Positions 1 to 10,655 are shown, numbered from the stretch's first letter. The stretch: DNA of 64,000 bases from Leptolyngbyaceae cyanobacterium (GCA_050331235.1 JBHJHA010000017.1:1-64000); one strand, 5' to 3'. The notes: a model not told the origin generated them from the sequence alone. Numbers and translations are program-made.

Positions 1-3000
1 TGAGCCCGTGGTGGAATCGGCCGGGTTTGCGCTGCAGGAGGGTGAAACGGTCTTGCTGACTGCTGCGGATAACCTGAAAGTGACGGATGAAGAGACCACT
101 GATCCCAGCAATCTGCTCTACACCGTCGATATCACCAATCAGGACGAGACTCAGCCAGATTTCTTCTTGATCGATGGTGTTAAGGAAGTGGGTGACACCA
201 TCACGTTTTCCCAAGCGGATGTGGATGCTAATTTGGTGTCGTTTGTCCACGGTGGGTCTGACTTTGCGCCCAGCTTAAGTGTGACTGTCACTGACACTGA
301 AGTCGGGGGCACGACCAATACCGTTCCCGTGACCTTAGATATTGACTTTGAGCGCGAGAACGATGCGCCCACCTTGGCTACCTTGGCGTTGACCTTATCT
401 GAAGGCAAAACGATCGCGCTCACCAGGGCGGCACTGTTAGTTGTCGATGAAGAAGCTGCCGCCACCGACATCACCTATACCGTTGATACCGTCACGGACG
501 GGCGCTTTGTCCGCCTGCCGGTGGAGCCTGACACCGAACCCACCGAGGCGATGACCTTCACCCAAGCTGATATTGACGCGGGTACGGTCATTGGCTTTGA
601 GCATAACGGCTCCAATGATGCGCCGACTTTTATTCTGACGGTCAGCGATACGGTCAACAACATCGTAGTGACCAGCGCTGATGGCCAGATTGACTTTACG
701 CCTACGAATGATACGCCTGTAGTCGAGGCCAGTACGATCACGGTGGTCGAAGACAATACGGGTACCCCGGTGGCCATCACACTGAAAGAAAATCTGGTGA
801 CTACCGATGAAGAAAGCTCCGCCGGTGAGTTGACCTACACAATTGAGCTAAAAGACAACGATGCGACCAATCCCGACCAGTTTGAGATTGATGGCGAGTT
901 GACGACTGGGCCTGAGGTGACATTTACCCAACTACAGGTCGATCAGGGCTTGGTGAAATTTGTGCCCGGTGGGTCTAACTCTGTTGTCACCCTCGAGGCC
1001 ACTGTGACGGATACTTTCCCGTCAGAGTTTGGTCAGCCTATCACCGTTGATGTGCCTCTCACGGTGAATTTCACTGCCCAAAATGATGTGCCCGAAGTCA
1101 CCAAAAATAGCCTCTCGATCAGTGAGAACGAGACGGTTACTTTGACTCCTGACATTTTGCTGACACAGGATGAAGAATCCCTTGCAGAGGAGTTGACCTA
1201 CACCGTTGAGGCAACCACTAACGGCAACTTTCAACGCATTGACCCCGACCAAGGAACTCTGGTGGGGGCGATCGCCGATGGACAAACCTTTACCCAGGCG
1301 GAGATCAACGCTGGTGCCATCCAGTTTAAACATGATGGTGGCGAAGCCGCCCCAGCCTACACCTTGACGGTGGCAGACACTCCCTTAGAAGCGGATGGTC
1401 AGATTAATGAGGTGCCCATTGAGGGCGTCATCGCTGAGTTTACCAATGTCAACGATGACCCCACCTTTGATCTCAACAAGCTCACCGTGACAGAAGGCGG
1501 CGAAGTCACCTTTTCGACGGACAATAATCTTGTGGCGAGTGATCCAGACCATGCGTCCAGCGAGCTGCGCTTTTCCATTACCAATGTCACCGGCGGCACG
1601 TTCTTTTTGCAAGGCGAAGCACTAGTTGAGGGCACGGGCTTTAGCGCCTCTTCCCTCGCGTTTGGTGACTTAGTCTTTGAGGACGATGGCGATGAGATCG
1701 CCCCCAGCTACGAGGTCACCGTACGGGATCCCCTCGGTGGCAGTACTACTCAAGCTGCCGATGTAACATTGGTCCCTGAAAATGACCCGCCTACCATCGA
1801 TGTCAATACCTTCACCATCAAAGAGGGCGATCGCCTCATTCTCAACGATGGTGACACGGTAAACTTGCAGGCGTCGGATCCAGAAACCCCCGACGATGAA
1901 CTGGTCTTCACTGTCAGCAACGTTGAAGGTGGTGAGTTTCGAGACTTCAATGCGCAACCGATCACCGAATTTACTCAAGCTCAGCTCAATCTAGGTGAAA
2001 TCAGCTTCGTCCAAATTGGTGATCGCTCGATTCCAAGCTTTGACATTACGGTCAAAGATGGTGACGATGTCGCAGTCACCGCAGCAGCGGCCATCAATTT
2101 TGAGCCCATCAACAGTGCTCCAGTGGTCGAAAATAGCGCCTTTGCGGTGACTGAAGGGGAAACGGTCACCCTGACGGTTGAGAACCTGCTGACTACTGAT
2201 CTCAACGAAAGTACTGCAGCGGAACTGACCTACACGATTGAGCTAAAAGACAATAATGCAGAACAGCCCGACCAATTTGAAATTGACGGTGCGTTGCAAA
2301 CCGAGTCAACGGTGAGCTTTACCCAGGCACAGGTTGATGCTGGTCAGGTGAAATTTATTCATGGTGGCGCTAACACCGTGGCAACACTCGACGCGCAGGT
2401 TACCGATAGCTTTCCTGCGGAGCTGGGCCAGCCTATCACTGTTGATGTCCCCCTGACCGTTGACTTTACCGCTGAGAACGATGCCCCAGTAGTAGAAACC
2501 AACCAGCTCACCATCAATGAAGGGGCGACGGTGACGCTGACCCGTGACAATTTGTTGACAACGGATGAAGAGTCATCGCCGGAGCAGTTGACCTACACGA
2601 TTGTGTCAGCCACCAACGGCACCTTCCGCCGGATTGACCCCGATCAGGGGACGGAGATTGCGCTCTTGGTCGCGGGTGATACTTTTACCCAAGCCGATAT
2701 TGACAATAGGGCGATTCAGTTTGTGCAAAACGGATCGCCGGAGGCCCCGACTTACTCACTCACCGTGGCAGATACTCCCATCGAGCCCGATGGTCCGGTC
2801 AACACCAGTGAGCCGTTTGCTGGAAAGGTCGAGGGTTTTGAGCTGACTAACGACAATCCTGTCTTTGCCAAAAACACGCTGACCCTCGAAGAGGGGGGGG
2901 AAGTTACGCTAACGGCGGACAACTTGGCAGCGACTGACGAAGATAATCTGCCCAGCGAGCTGCGCTTTGTCATTAGTGACGTTACAGGCGGCGAATTCTT

Positions 3001-5905
3001 CTTGGCGGGAGAAGCTTTGGCTGATGGACAGAGCTTCTCAGCGGCGGCGATCGCCTTCAACGAGTTGTCCTTCAAAGATGATGGAGATGAAGTCGCACCC
3101 ACCTATACCGTTACTGTTCGGGACACCGACGGTGGCAACACGACGGCACCCGCTACAGTTGTGTTCGAAGAGGTGAATGATCCACCGAGTCTCGACACCA
3201 ATAGCTTCCAAATCACTGAAGGTCAGCGTCTGGTACTGAACAATCCAGATACTGAGGTGGTCAACCTAGCGGCAACCGATCCAGACTCCCCCGAAGAGGA
3301 CCTACTCTTCACCGTTGAAAACGTGGCAGGTGGTCAGTTCTTTGACTTCGACGCGCAGGTCATTACAGAGTTCACCCAAGCCGAACTGAACCGCGGCGAA
3401 ATCAGCTTTTTGCATAATGGTTCTGAAACCGAGCCCGCTTTTGACATTGTGGTTAGCGACGGAGAGGGCGGTGAAATCTCTGTGCCTGCTGTGGTTGATT
3501 TTGTGCCGGTCAATGATCTGCCAGCGGTAGGCCGAGCTCAGCTAACGGTCACTGAAGGGGCAACGATAACTTTGACCACCGATGACTTGGCCGGAGATGA
3601 TCCTGATACCGCACCCGAAGGATTGACGATCACCATTTCTGAGTTGGCGGGCGGTCGGTTCAATCTCGTAGTGGACGATGTTGTCGTTGAGGAAGATATC
3701 CTCAGCTTTACCCAAAGCCAAATTGCTGCCGGTCAGATCCAATTTGTTGATAATGGCGACCAGACTCCCCCCAGCTTTGACGTCACCGTTAGTGATGGCG
3801 AGTTTGATAGTGATCCTGTCCCTGTGACGATTCTGGAGTTCATCAATGTCAATGACAATCCGGTGGCAGTTCCTGACAGCGGCACTGGATTTGAGACCGA
3901 TGAAAAGACGCTTTTTGTCACGGCCAGCGTGTTGACCAACGATACCGATGATGACCCAGGCGATCAGGCAAATCTGACCGTCTCCACAATCAACGGTGAA
4001 GATGTCGAAGTTGGTAACATCGAGCTGGAGTCTGGGGCGACTGTTTCGCTGTCGGGTTCCGATGGTGCCATTAGCTATAACCCTAATGGTGCCTTTCAAC
4101 TGGCGGCAGGAGTGACTGCCGAAGATACCTTTACCTACACGGTGATTGACGGCAACGGTGGTTCTGATACCTCCACGGTCACCGTGACCGTCACCGGGGT
4201 GAATGATGATCCGGTAGCAGTGGATGATCCGGGTGAGGAGGCAGTCGAACTCTTCTCGGGGCCAGATAATGCCTCATTTACTACGGCTATCTTGACGGCC
4301 AACGATGAAGATCCTGATGGCGACTCTCTACGGATTATCAAGCTCAACGATGCCACCGTTAATCCAGGCGACACGGTGTCGTTGGATGATACCGACGATG
4401 CAACGGCGACCCTCAACGCGGATGGCAGTATCACCTACACTCCATCGACAATCTTTAAATTTTTGGCAGTGGGTGAAACAGCAGAAGACAGTTTCACTTA
4501 CACCATTACTGATGACAACGGTGGTGAAAGTCAGGCGACCGTAACGATCTCAGTCAACGGTGCAAACGAAGTCCCTGAAGCTAAAGATGACCTTGGTTTC
4601 ACAACGACCGAAGGGACCTCGATCGCCATCAATGTGTTAGCCAATGACAGTGACACTGATGTCAACGATATCCTGACTATCAGCAATGTCGATACGACCG
4701 GTCTGATTGGCTCGGTGATCAACAATGGCAGTAGCTTGACCTACGTTCCTTCGCAAGTGTTGAGAGGCAATGAGACCGCTACCGAAACCTTTACCTACAC
4801 CGTGAGCGATGGCAACGAAGGGACAGCGACAGGCACTGTAGAGGTCATCGTCACGGGCATTAACGATGCCCCCATCGCAACGAACGATAGCGGCGTTGGG
4901 TTTGTGACCAACGAAGCTGTGACCTTTACCACCGCAAGCGTTCTAGCAAATGACGTGGATCCGGAGGGTGGCGCGCTAAGCCTCGTTGGTCTAGATACGT
5001 CCAACACGCTGGGTTTAATTACCAACAATGGTAATGGCACCTTTACCTATGACCCCAATGGCGCGTTTAACACTGTGCCCGTGGGCAAGACAGCGATCGA
5101 TAGCTTTAGCTATACCATCCAAGATGAGGAAGGCTTAACGGCGACGGCCACCGTCTCTGTGACGGTCAATGGTTTGCTCAGTTCGTTCTTTGACTATGAG
5201 CAGTTCTTACAATTACAAAATCCCGCCGCAGTCGCCCCTGCTGACACGGTGGATGTCCTGCCCCTAGCCCAACTCTACGATGAGTATTTCTATCTCAATC
5301 AGAATCCTGATGTGGCGGCCTTGGTGGGGTCAACCTTTAGCTCGGGCTATGACCACTTTGTGCAGTTTGGGCAGTTTGAGGGCCGCAGTCCCAGTGTGCT
5401 CTACAATGAAGCGTTCTACCTACAGGATCCCGACTTTAGAGCAGCGGTACTAGGAGGCGGATTTAGCAGCGGTTTACAGCACTACCTGACCTTTGGGCAT
5501 CGAGAAAATCGTGACCCGAGTCAATTCTTTGATGCCAGTGATTACCTGCTCAATAATTCTGATGTCGCTGGTGCAGTTGGGCGCGGCGAACTGGCGAGTG
5601 GCTTCCAGCACTATATCTTGTCGGGGGTGGATGAGCGTCGTTTGCCTAATCTGTCGCTCTTTGACAACACGTTCTATCTCCAAAACAATTCTGACTTGGT
5701 GGCAGCGGGGGTTACGGACGGCTACAGTCACTTTGTCGTTTCCGGGCAATTTGAGAATAGACAACCGAGTTCGCTCTACAGTGAGTCGAGCTATCTATCT
5801 CTCAATCCTGATATTAAAGCGGCTGTGGATGGCGGAGCCCTGGGCAGTGGCTTCCAGCACTATACCCAGTTTGGTCGCTTTGAAGGACGGAGCGTGTTTG
5901 CTTAG
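1..5905 (+). CDS. Giant acidic surface/adhesin protein, 5'-truncated: tandem cadherin-like (CSPG/Cadherin_3-type) domains, then Ig-like 'VND.P.A..D' domains, then C-terminal 'Y/FDE.FYL..NPDV' repeats
   Basis: Frame is open from the window edge. Repeated motifs 'FTQA.I..G.I.F.H.G', 'NDxP' linkers and 'DSFTYTI.D..G'; very Asp/Glu/Thr-rich. Confidence 0.85.
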   Translation, partial: EPVVESAGFALQEGETVLLTAADNLKVTDEETTDPSNLLYTVDITNQDETQPDFFLIDGVKEVGDTITFSQADVDANLVSFVHGGSDFAPSLSVTVTDTEVGGTTNTVPVTLDIDFERENDAPTLATLALTLSEGKTIALTRAALLVVDEEAAATDITYTVDTVTDGRFVRLPVEPDTEPTEAMTFTQADIDAGTVIGFEHNGSNDAPTFILTVSDTVNNIVVTSADGQIDFTPTNDTPVVEASTITVVEDNTGTPVAITLKENLVTTDEESSAGELTYTIELKDNDATNPDQFEIDGELTTGPEVTFTQLQVDQGLVKFVPGGSNSVVTLEATVTDTFPSEFGQPITVDVPLTVNFTAQNDVPEVTKNSLSISENETVTLTPDILLTQDEESLAEELTYTVEATTNGNFQRIDPDQGTLVGAIADGQTFTQAEINAGAIQFKHDGGEAAPAYTLTVADTPLEADGQINEVPIEGVIAEFTNVNDDPTFDLNKLTVTEGGEVTFSTDNNLVASDPDHASSELRFSITNVTGGTFFLQGEALVEGTGFSASSLAFGDLVFEDDGDEIAPSYEVTVRDPLGGSTTQAADVTLVPENDPPTIDVNTFTIKEGDRLILNDGDTVNLQASDPETPDDELVFTVSNVEGGEFRDFNAQPITEFTQAQLNLGEISFVQIGDRSIPSFDITVKDGDDVAVTAAAAINFEPINSAPVVENSAFAVTEGETVTLTVENLLTTDLNESTAAELTYTIELKDNNAEQPDQFEIDGALQTESTVSFTQAQVDAGQVKFIHGGANTVATLDAQVTDSFPAELGQPITVDVPLTVDFTAENDAPVVETNQLTINEGATVTLTRDNLLTTDEESSPEQLTYTIVSATNGTFRRIDPDQGTEIALLVAGDTFTQADIDNRAIQFVQNGSPEAPTYSLTVADTPIEPDGPVNTSEPFAGKVEGFELTNDNPVFAKNTLTLEEGGEVTLTADNLAATDEDNLPSELRFVISDVTGGEFFLAGEALADGQSFSAAAIAFNELSFKDDGDEVAPTYTVTVRDTDGGNTTAPATVVFEEVNDPPSLDTNSFQITEGQRLVLNNPDTEVVNLAATDPDSPEEDLLFTVENVAGGQFFDFDAQVITEFTQAELNRGEISFLHNGSETEPAFDIVVSDGEGGEISVPAVVDFVPVNDLPAVGRAQLTVTEGATITLTTDDLAGDDPDTAPEGLTITISELAGGRFNLVVDDVVVEEDILSFTQSQIAAGQIQFVDNGDQTPPSFDVTVSDGEFDSDPVPVTILEFINVNDNPVAVPDSGTGFETDEKTLFVTASVLTNDTDDDPGDQANLTVSTINGEDVEVGNIELESGATVSLSGSDGAISYNPNGAFQLAAGVTAEDTFTYTVIDGNGGSDTSTVTVTVTGVNDDPVAVDDPGEEAVELFSGPDNASFTTAILTANDEDPDGDSLRIIKLNDATVNPGDTVSLDDTDDATATLNADGSITYTPSTIFKFLAVGETAEDSFTYTITDDNGGESQATVTISVNGANEVPEAKDDLGFTTTEGTSIAINVLANDSDTDVNDILTISNVDTTGLIGSVINNGSSLTYVPSQVLRGNETATETFTYTVSDGNEGTATGTVEVIVTGINDAPIATNDSGVGFVTNEAVTFTTASVLANDVDPEGGALSLVGLDTSNTLGLITNNGNGTFTYDPNGAFNTVPVGKTAIDSFSYTIQDEEGLTATATVSVTVNGLLSSFFDYEQFLQLQNPAAVAPADTVDVLPLAQLYDEYFYLNQNPDVAALVGSTFSSGYDHFVQFGQFEGRSPSVLYNEAFYLQDPDFRAAVLGGGFSSGLQHYLTFGHRENRDPSQFFDASDYLLNNSDVAGAVGRGELASGFQHYILSGVDERRLPNLSLFDNTFYLQNNSDLVAAGVTDGYSHFVVSGQFENRQPSSLYSESSYLSLNPDIKAAVDGGALGSGFQHYTQFGRFEGRSVFA
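700..3520 (+). repeat. Internal duplication of a ~465-aa (1395-nt) four-domain block in the adhesin
   Basis: 'attgagctaaaagacaa' at 842 and 2237; 'cgagctgcgcttt' at 1561 and 2956. Both offsets are 1395 nt. Boundaries are approximate. Confidence 0.8.
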
Positions 5906-5947
5906 GTGTGATGCTTTTGCCAGGGTTGACTGGCGGTGATCCATATG

Positions 5948-5984
5948 ACCCGTCCTGCGGTCGATCAGGCTAGGGCGGGTTTTC
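5948..5984 (+). terminator. Possible intrinsic terminator after the adhesin gene
   Basis: acccgtcct...agggcgggt stem followed by a short T run. Confidence 0.35.
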
Positions 5985-6165
5985 GCTTAATCGTGCGATA
6001 GACTGCGGCTCTTCCCTTGTCGCCCTCTCTTAGGCCTTTGCCACTGTTATCCGACTTCCCAGGGCCACTCAGAGGCAGTTTGCAGCAACTGCTAAGCAAC
6101 CGTTATATGCTTGGGCTCTCACCTAGCAGTGTTAATTCATTAAGTCCCATCCTGCGATTAACTCT

Positions 6166-6531
6166 ATGACAGGTAAACTAACCACCCACGTATTAGACAC
6201 GGCCAACGGGTGTCCTGCGGCGAATCTGCAACTGACGCTGTGGACGATTGACGACGCAGCTTCTCCAGGGCGATCGCGCCTCAGGACGACCGTCACTAAC
6301 CGGGATGGACGTGTGGATGAACCGTTGCTCCAAGGTGCCGAGTTCAACCTTGGAGTGTATGAGCTGATATTTGCCGTCGGGGCATATTTCCAGCAACAGG
6401 GAATGATGTTGCCACAACCCAATTTCCTAGACGAAGTGCCGTTACGGTTTGGGGTGGCTGACGCTGATGCCCATTACCACGTACCGCTACTGGTTTCTCC
6501 CTGGTCCTACAGTACCTATCGGGGTAGCTGA
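6166..6531 (+). CDS. uraH: 5-hydroxyisourate hydrolase (transthyretin-like)
   Basis: N-terminal 'LTTHVLDTA.G.PA', 'TNRDGR', C-terminal 'HYHVPLLVSPWSYSTYRGS'. Confidence 0.95.
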   Translation: MTGKLTTHVLDTANGCPAANLQLTLWTIDDAASPGRSRLRTTVTNRDGRVDEPLLQGAEFNLGVYELIFAVGAYFQQQGMMLPQPNFLDEVPLRFGVADADAHYHVPLLVSPWSYSTYRGS

Positions 6532-6564
6532 GGATGTGTCGCTTGGGGCGAGCGATCGCGACGT

Positions 6565-6987
6565 CTACGTCGGCTTACTGGTGACTTTACTGTCCCTGAC
6601 CATGACTACGCCATGAATCGGGCAGGTAGGAACTTCAGTCGCAACATCGCGACGATACCAAACCTGGTGACAGCTAGCCACAGGACAACGATAGCGAGGA
6701 CTGGCCACCGTTCCCGATTTACCCGGCAAGGGTTGATAAGTCCGAATAATGTCTAAGATCTCGGCCTCTGAGTGTTCCCCCTCAAGATAGAGCTGCAGCC
6801 ACTGCCGTGTCATCTCAGTGGCTGATAAGACCTGCATGATTTCTTGGGAGGGCTCACCATCGGTAGCGATTGTGAGGGCCAAATCTAATTGGCGTGCCAT
6901 TGCTTCAGCATCCCGCGGCGAGAGCAACTCAGGTAGATATGGCCGAATGGCCTGCGTAGCTTGTACTAGCTTGGGAGTAGACGTCAT
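6565..6987 (-). CDS. Hypothetical protein with C-terminal CxxxxC...CxxH putative zinc finger
   Basis: 140-aa ORF from the ATG at 6987; contains 'YRCPVASCHQVWYRR...PTCPIHG'. Confidence 0.7.
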   Translation of the reverse strand: MTSTPKLVQATQAIRPYLPELLSPRDAEAMARQLDLALTIATDGEPSQEIMQVLSATEMTRQWLQLYLEGEHSEAEILDIIRTYQPLPGKSGTVASPRYRCPVASCHQVWYRRDVATEVPTCPIHGVVMVRDSKVTSKPT

Positions 6988-7109
6988 GCTCAGGATCCCA
7001 TCGAAAAGAGGCTCATGTCTGCCTGACACATCTGCATTATTGGGCTTTTCCGCTGTTTTCAGAAAGATCCGTCACACAGATTAAGAATTTAGGTGACGTA
7101 AACTTCAGC

Positions 7110-7140
7110 AAAAAGCGGGAAGCCTAAACTTCCCGCTTAA
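7110..7140 (-). terminator. Rho-independent terminator of petF
   Basis: Minus strand reads aagcgggaag-tttagg-cttcccgctt followed by a T run, about 30 nt after the petF stop. Confidence 0.85.
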
Positions 7141-7169
7141 TAAGCTCTTAGCTAATGAGTCGTTGAACC

Positions 7170-7469
7170 TTAGTAAAGGTCTTCTTCTTTGTGGGTTTCG
7201 ATGGTGCAATCAGACGTGGGATAAGCCACACAAGTCAACACGAAACCAGACTCAATCTGATCATCATCCAAAAAGGACTGGTCAGACTGGTCAACGCCAC
7301 CGGAGGTTAGCTTACCAGCACAGGTGGAGCAGGCGCCCGCACGGCAGGAATAAGGCAAATCAATGCCCTGCTCTTCAGCCGCGTCAAGAATATACTCGTC
7401 GTCTGCGACTTCAATCGTGGTGTTTAAGCCTTCGGATTCGTTGACCAAGGTTACTTTGTAAGATGCCAT
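7170..7469 (-). CDS. petF: Plant-type [2Fe-2S] ferredoxin
   Basis: '[17 protein letters not shown]' and '[21 protein letters not shown]'. Confidence 0.97.
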   Translation of the reverse strand: MASYKVTLVNESEGLNTTIEVADDEYILDAAEEQGIDLPYSCRAGACSTCAGKLTSGGVDQSDQSFLDDDQIESGFVLTCVAYPTSDCTIETHKEEDLY

Positions 7470-7957
7470 ACTGAAATCCTCTCAATAGAAAATTGGGAAC
7501 CGTTATATTGGCAAACTATCTAACACAGAGCGTGCCCAAACATTGAAGATGCTCAGTTCTGTTTGCCTTCATGTTTGATACTACGGGAAAACCTGTAGCC
7601 TGTGGGAAAAGATCCCCCTTTCGATTGAATGGGATTCGTAATCGAAAATCTTTTTTTCTACTTTTCGTCTTATGAATAAAGGTTCATAAGCGCCCCAAAG
7701 CCTTTGCTGGAGAGCAACTCCCGGTGTTGGGCGGGTGTATTTCAAAAGACAATTTTCGCGATCGCAAAGCCTAACTCTAATCATAATTAAGGTTGATCAT
7801 AGCTTTTGCTTATATATCAACTGTGGGTAATCACGCTGTCAAGAACCGCATTGCAATCGCTTTCTGAAAACGATCAGCGGAAGACGGCTGTTTTTGCTTG
7901 CAAGACATTCTAGAATTTGGACAGTCGAGTGTTATTTGTAGTGGCGGGAGCCGCTTA

Positions 7958-9004
7958 GTGCCAGTGGGATTTGATTTGAAGCAGCAGCGATCGCTACGAT
8001 TTGGCCTCGTCGGGCCTGGGTTTGTTGGTCGCGTCCGTGCCGAGGCGATCGCCGCAGACCCACGCGGTGAAATGGTCGCAGTTGCTGGACATCGAGTAGA
8101 GTCAGCGACTGCCTTTGCGGCTCAGCATGGCATTCCCAGCGTCTGCCCCGATTGGGAGACGCTGATCCAGCGGTCGGACATCGACGGGGTGATCGTGTGC
8201 AACATCAATTGCGATCACGACCAAGTCGTCCGAGCCGCGCTGGAAGCTAATAAAGCGGTCATTGTCGAATATCCCCTCTCCCTCTCGGTGGTGGCCGCTA
8301 GTCAGCTCATCACGTTAGCCCGGGGACGCGAACAGTTTTTGCATATCGAGCACATCGAGCTCTTTGGCGGATTGCACCAAGCGCTGCTAGCCAATTTGTC
8401 GGCCATTGGTCTCCCGCACTATGTGCGCTACTGCACGGCTGTGCCCCAGCGTCCGGCCCCCCAAAAGTGGACCTACCGGCGCGATGCCTTTGGCTTTCCC
8501 TTGGCTGGGGCGTTATCGAGACTCCATCGATTAACCAATTTGTTCGGCGCGGTAGATTGGGTAGCCTGCCAAATCGAATATGTCAACACACTTACCAAAG
8601 ATGACGACTGCTTTGCTAACTGCCGCTGCCTGGCCCAGTTACGTTTTTGCAGTGGCGTTATGGCAGAGGTTGTTTACGCTAAGGGAGAGACCACTTGGCA
8701 GCCCCAGCGATCTATGGTCGTGGAGGGCGATCGCGGTGCCCTCGTGTTTGAGGGTGACCAAGGCCAACTGCTGTCAGCAGAGGGCAACAAGCCGATTACG
8801 GTGGGTTCCCGTCGGGGGCTCTTTGCCAAAGATACAGCCGCCGTTTTGGATGCGCTGTGCGATGGCAAACCGCTGTACGTTACCCCTGAGGAAAGTCTCT
8901 ACGCTTTGCAGGTGGCCGCCGCTGCCGAAGTGTCTGCCCGCACCGGCCAAACGGTGCCGGTCACGGCTCCCTATCCAGGAGCGACGACGCGGCCAGCGGC
9001 TTGA
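7958..9004 (+). CDS. bvdR: Biliverdin reductase (Gfo/Idh/MocA family)
   Basis: 'VEYPL', 'HIEHIELFGG.HQA', 'PAPQKWTY...FGFPL..ALSR', 'VGSRRGLF..DT.AVLD' match cyanobacterial BvdR as I recall it. Start uncertain (7898/7958/7976). Confidence 0.85.
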   Translation: MPVGFDLKQQRSLRFGLVGPGFVGRVRAEAIAADPRGEMVAVAGHRVESATAFAAQHGIPSVCPDWETLIQRSDIDGVIVCNINCDHDQVVRAALEANKAVIVEYPLSLSVVAASQLITLARGREQFLHIEHIELFGGLHQALLANLSAIGLPHYVRYCTAVPQRPAPQKWTYRRDAFGFPLAGALSRLHRLTNLFGAVDWVACQIEYVNTLTKDDDCFANCRCLAQLRFCSGVMAEVVYAKGETTWQPQRSMVVEGDRGALVFEGDQGQLLSAEGNKPITVGSRRGLFAKDTAAVLDALCDGKPLYVTPEESLYALQVAAAAEVSARTGQTVPVTAPYPGATTRPAA

Positions 9005-9048
9005 GATGCCCGATACGGACGAGGGCGAACCGGGGTAGGTCCAGGGGC

Positions 9049-10260
9049 TCACTTTTGCACATCTGTGACGCGCCAGTTGAGCTTGAGATTGACGCCAAAG
9101 TTCCACATCGTCACTAGGGCGATCGCGATAAATTTGGCCAGGTAAGCATTCACCCCAAACCAGTTAAACAACACGTTCACAATCAGGGTATTGAGCACAA
9201 GGCCCGCTAGGCAAACCAGGTTGAATTTCAAAAACCGCTTGAGTCGGGCTCCCCAGCCTCGCTGCCGTTGGGCTAGGTCCGCAAAGGTCCAGGCGTCATT
9301 CCATAGGAAGTTATTGAAAATCGCCACTTCGGCGGCCAAGGTGTTGCTGGTAGTGAGCCCCCACCTCACTTGGTCAAATAACAGATAGAAGACGGCATAG
9401 TCGACCAAGACGCCGCTCAGGCCCACGGTAGCAAAGCGCAAAAACCGCCCCAAGGGCAGTGCCAGCTTTTGGGGAATGCCGCGGTGCAGCCGGAGCCGCA
9501 GCAGATGCCGCAGATAGTCAATGTAGTGCTGCCCGCTCACCTTACTCTCGCCCTCCGTGCGCTCTTGAAAGACATAGCCGATCTCAGCGATCGCATCCAC
9601 CTGTCCTCGACCGAGCACTTCCAGCAAAATTTTATAGCCGCGCGGATGCAGGGCTGGTCCGGCGATCGCCGTGCGCCGCACCAAAAAATAGCCGCTCATG
9701 GGATCCGACACCCGACCCACTACATCCGGCAAGATCACCAGACCCAAGATCTGCGCCCCCCGCGACAGCATCCGCCGGAGAAAGCTCCATTCACTAACGC
9801 CGCCCCCTTCGATATGTCGGCTCGCTAGCGCTAAATCGGCTCCCTGTTCCATTTGCTCAAAGAGTTTGAGCAACGTGTCGGGCGGATGCTGCAAGTCAGC
9901 GTCGATGACGCCTAAAATTTCCCCTTGGGCGACTTGCCACCCCCGAACTACCGCCGATGACAGACCGCTCTCTGTCTGTCGTCGCATGACCTGAAGCTGA
10001 GGATAATCCTGGGTTAAGGTGGCGGCGTGCTCCCAGGTGCCATCGGGACTATTGTCGTCCACCACAATTAGCTCGTAGGTTCCAGGACAGCGGGCATCGA
10101 GGATTTGCGTCAGGTGTGCCACTAAGGCCCCAATATTTTCCCGTTCGTTGAAGGTGGGAATGATTAGGGAAAGCTGTAGAGTTGGGGCCTGAAGCGATCG
10201 CCCAGCAATGGCTAAGGCTCCCGCAGGGGGCGCAACGAGGCTAAGAACGTTCCGATTCAT
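9049..10260 (-). CDS. GT2 polyprenol-phosphate mannosyltransferase-like glycosyltransferase fused to a GtrA-like membrane domain
   Basis: 'LIIPTFNERENI', 'VVDDNSPDGT', 'DADLQHPP', 'DPMSG'; C-terminal 'RFLRFATVG...NNFLWN..WTF' hydrophobic domain. Confidence 0.9.
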   Translation of the reverse strand: MNRNVLSLVAPPAGALAIAGRSLQAPTLQLSLIIPTFNERENIGALVAHLTQILDARCPGTYELIVVDDNSPDGTWEHAATLTQDYPQLQVMRRQTESGLSSAVVRGWQVAQGEILGVIDADLQHPPDTLLKLFEQMEQGADLALASRHIEGGGVSEWSFLRRMLSRGAQILGLVILPDVVGRVSDPMSGYFLVRRTAIAGPALHPRGYKILLEVLGRGQVDAIAEIGYVFQERTEGESKVSGQHYIDYLRHLLRLRLHRGIPQKLALPLGRFLRFATVGLSGVLVDYAVFYLLFDQVRWGLTTSNTLAAEVAIFNNFLWNDAWTFADLAQRQRGWGARLKRFLKFNLVCLAGLVLNTLIVNVLFNWFGVNAYLAKFIAIALVTMWNFGVNLKLNWRVTDVQK

Positions 10261-10655
10261 CAAACGGGCGGATAAAAGGACCTGGAGCAACTATAGAGGA
10301 CATTAGCCACGTCCCACGTCGGTTGAAGGGCACTTTTTTAGCCTGACAGCAAGGCGTGGGGGCGTCAGCTTGACAACGCCTGACCCGACGAGAACACTGA
10401 AAGCCTTGTTCCAATTTGCTCCATTGAGAGCTAATCGCTTGGGTGGTGGGTCCAGGTCGCCAGTGCATCATCAAGATTGAAGTTTTCAGTCGGGTGAGCT
10501 TAACCCAACCAACCATTGCCTGCGCTGGGGGTTACATCGTTCAACCCAACTAACATCAACCCATATCTTTCGAGTTGACAGACCACCAGCGACTGAGCGA
10601 TTCCAAGCTATGGTTTTACCGTTATCGTGCATGACCCAAGTTGAGTGAGCCTGCC

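Noticed and set aside
151..5764. Many antisense and alternate-frame ORFs over the adhesin, RTX and other genes
   Set aside because: They are shadow ORFs from codon bias with no recognisable motifs.
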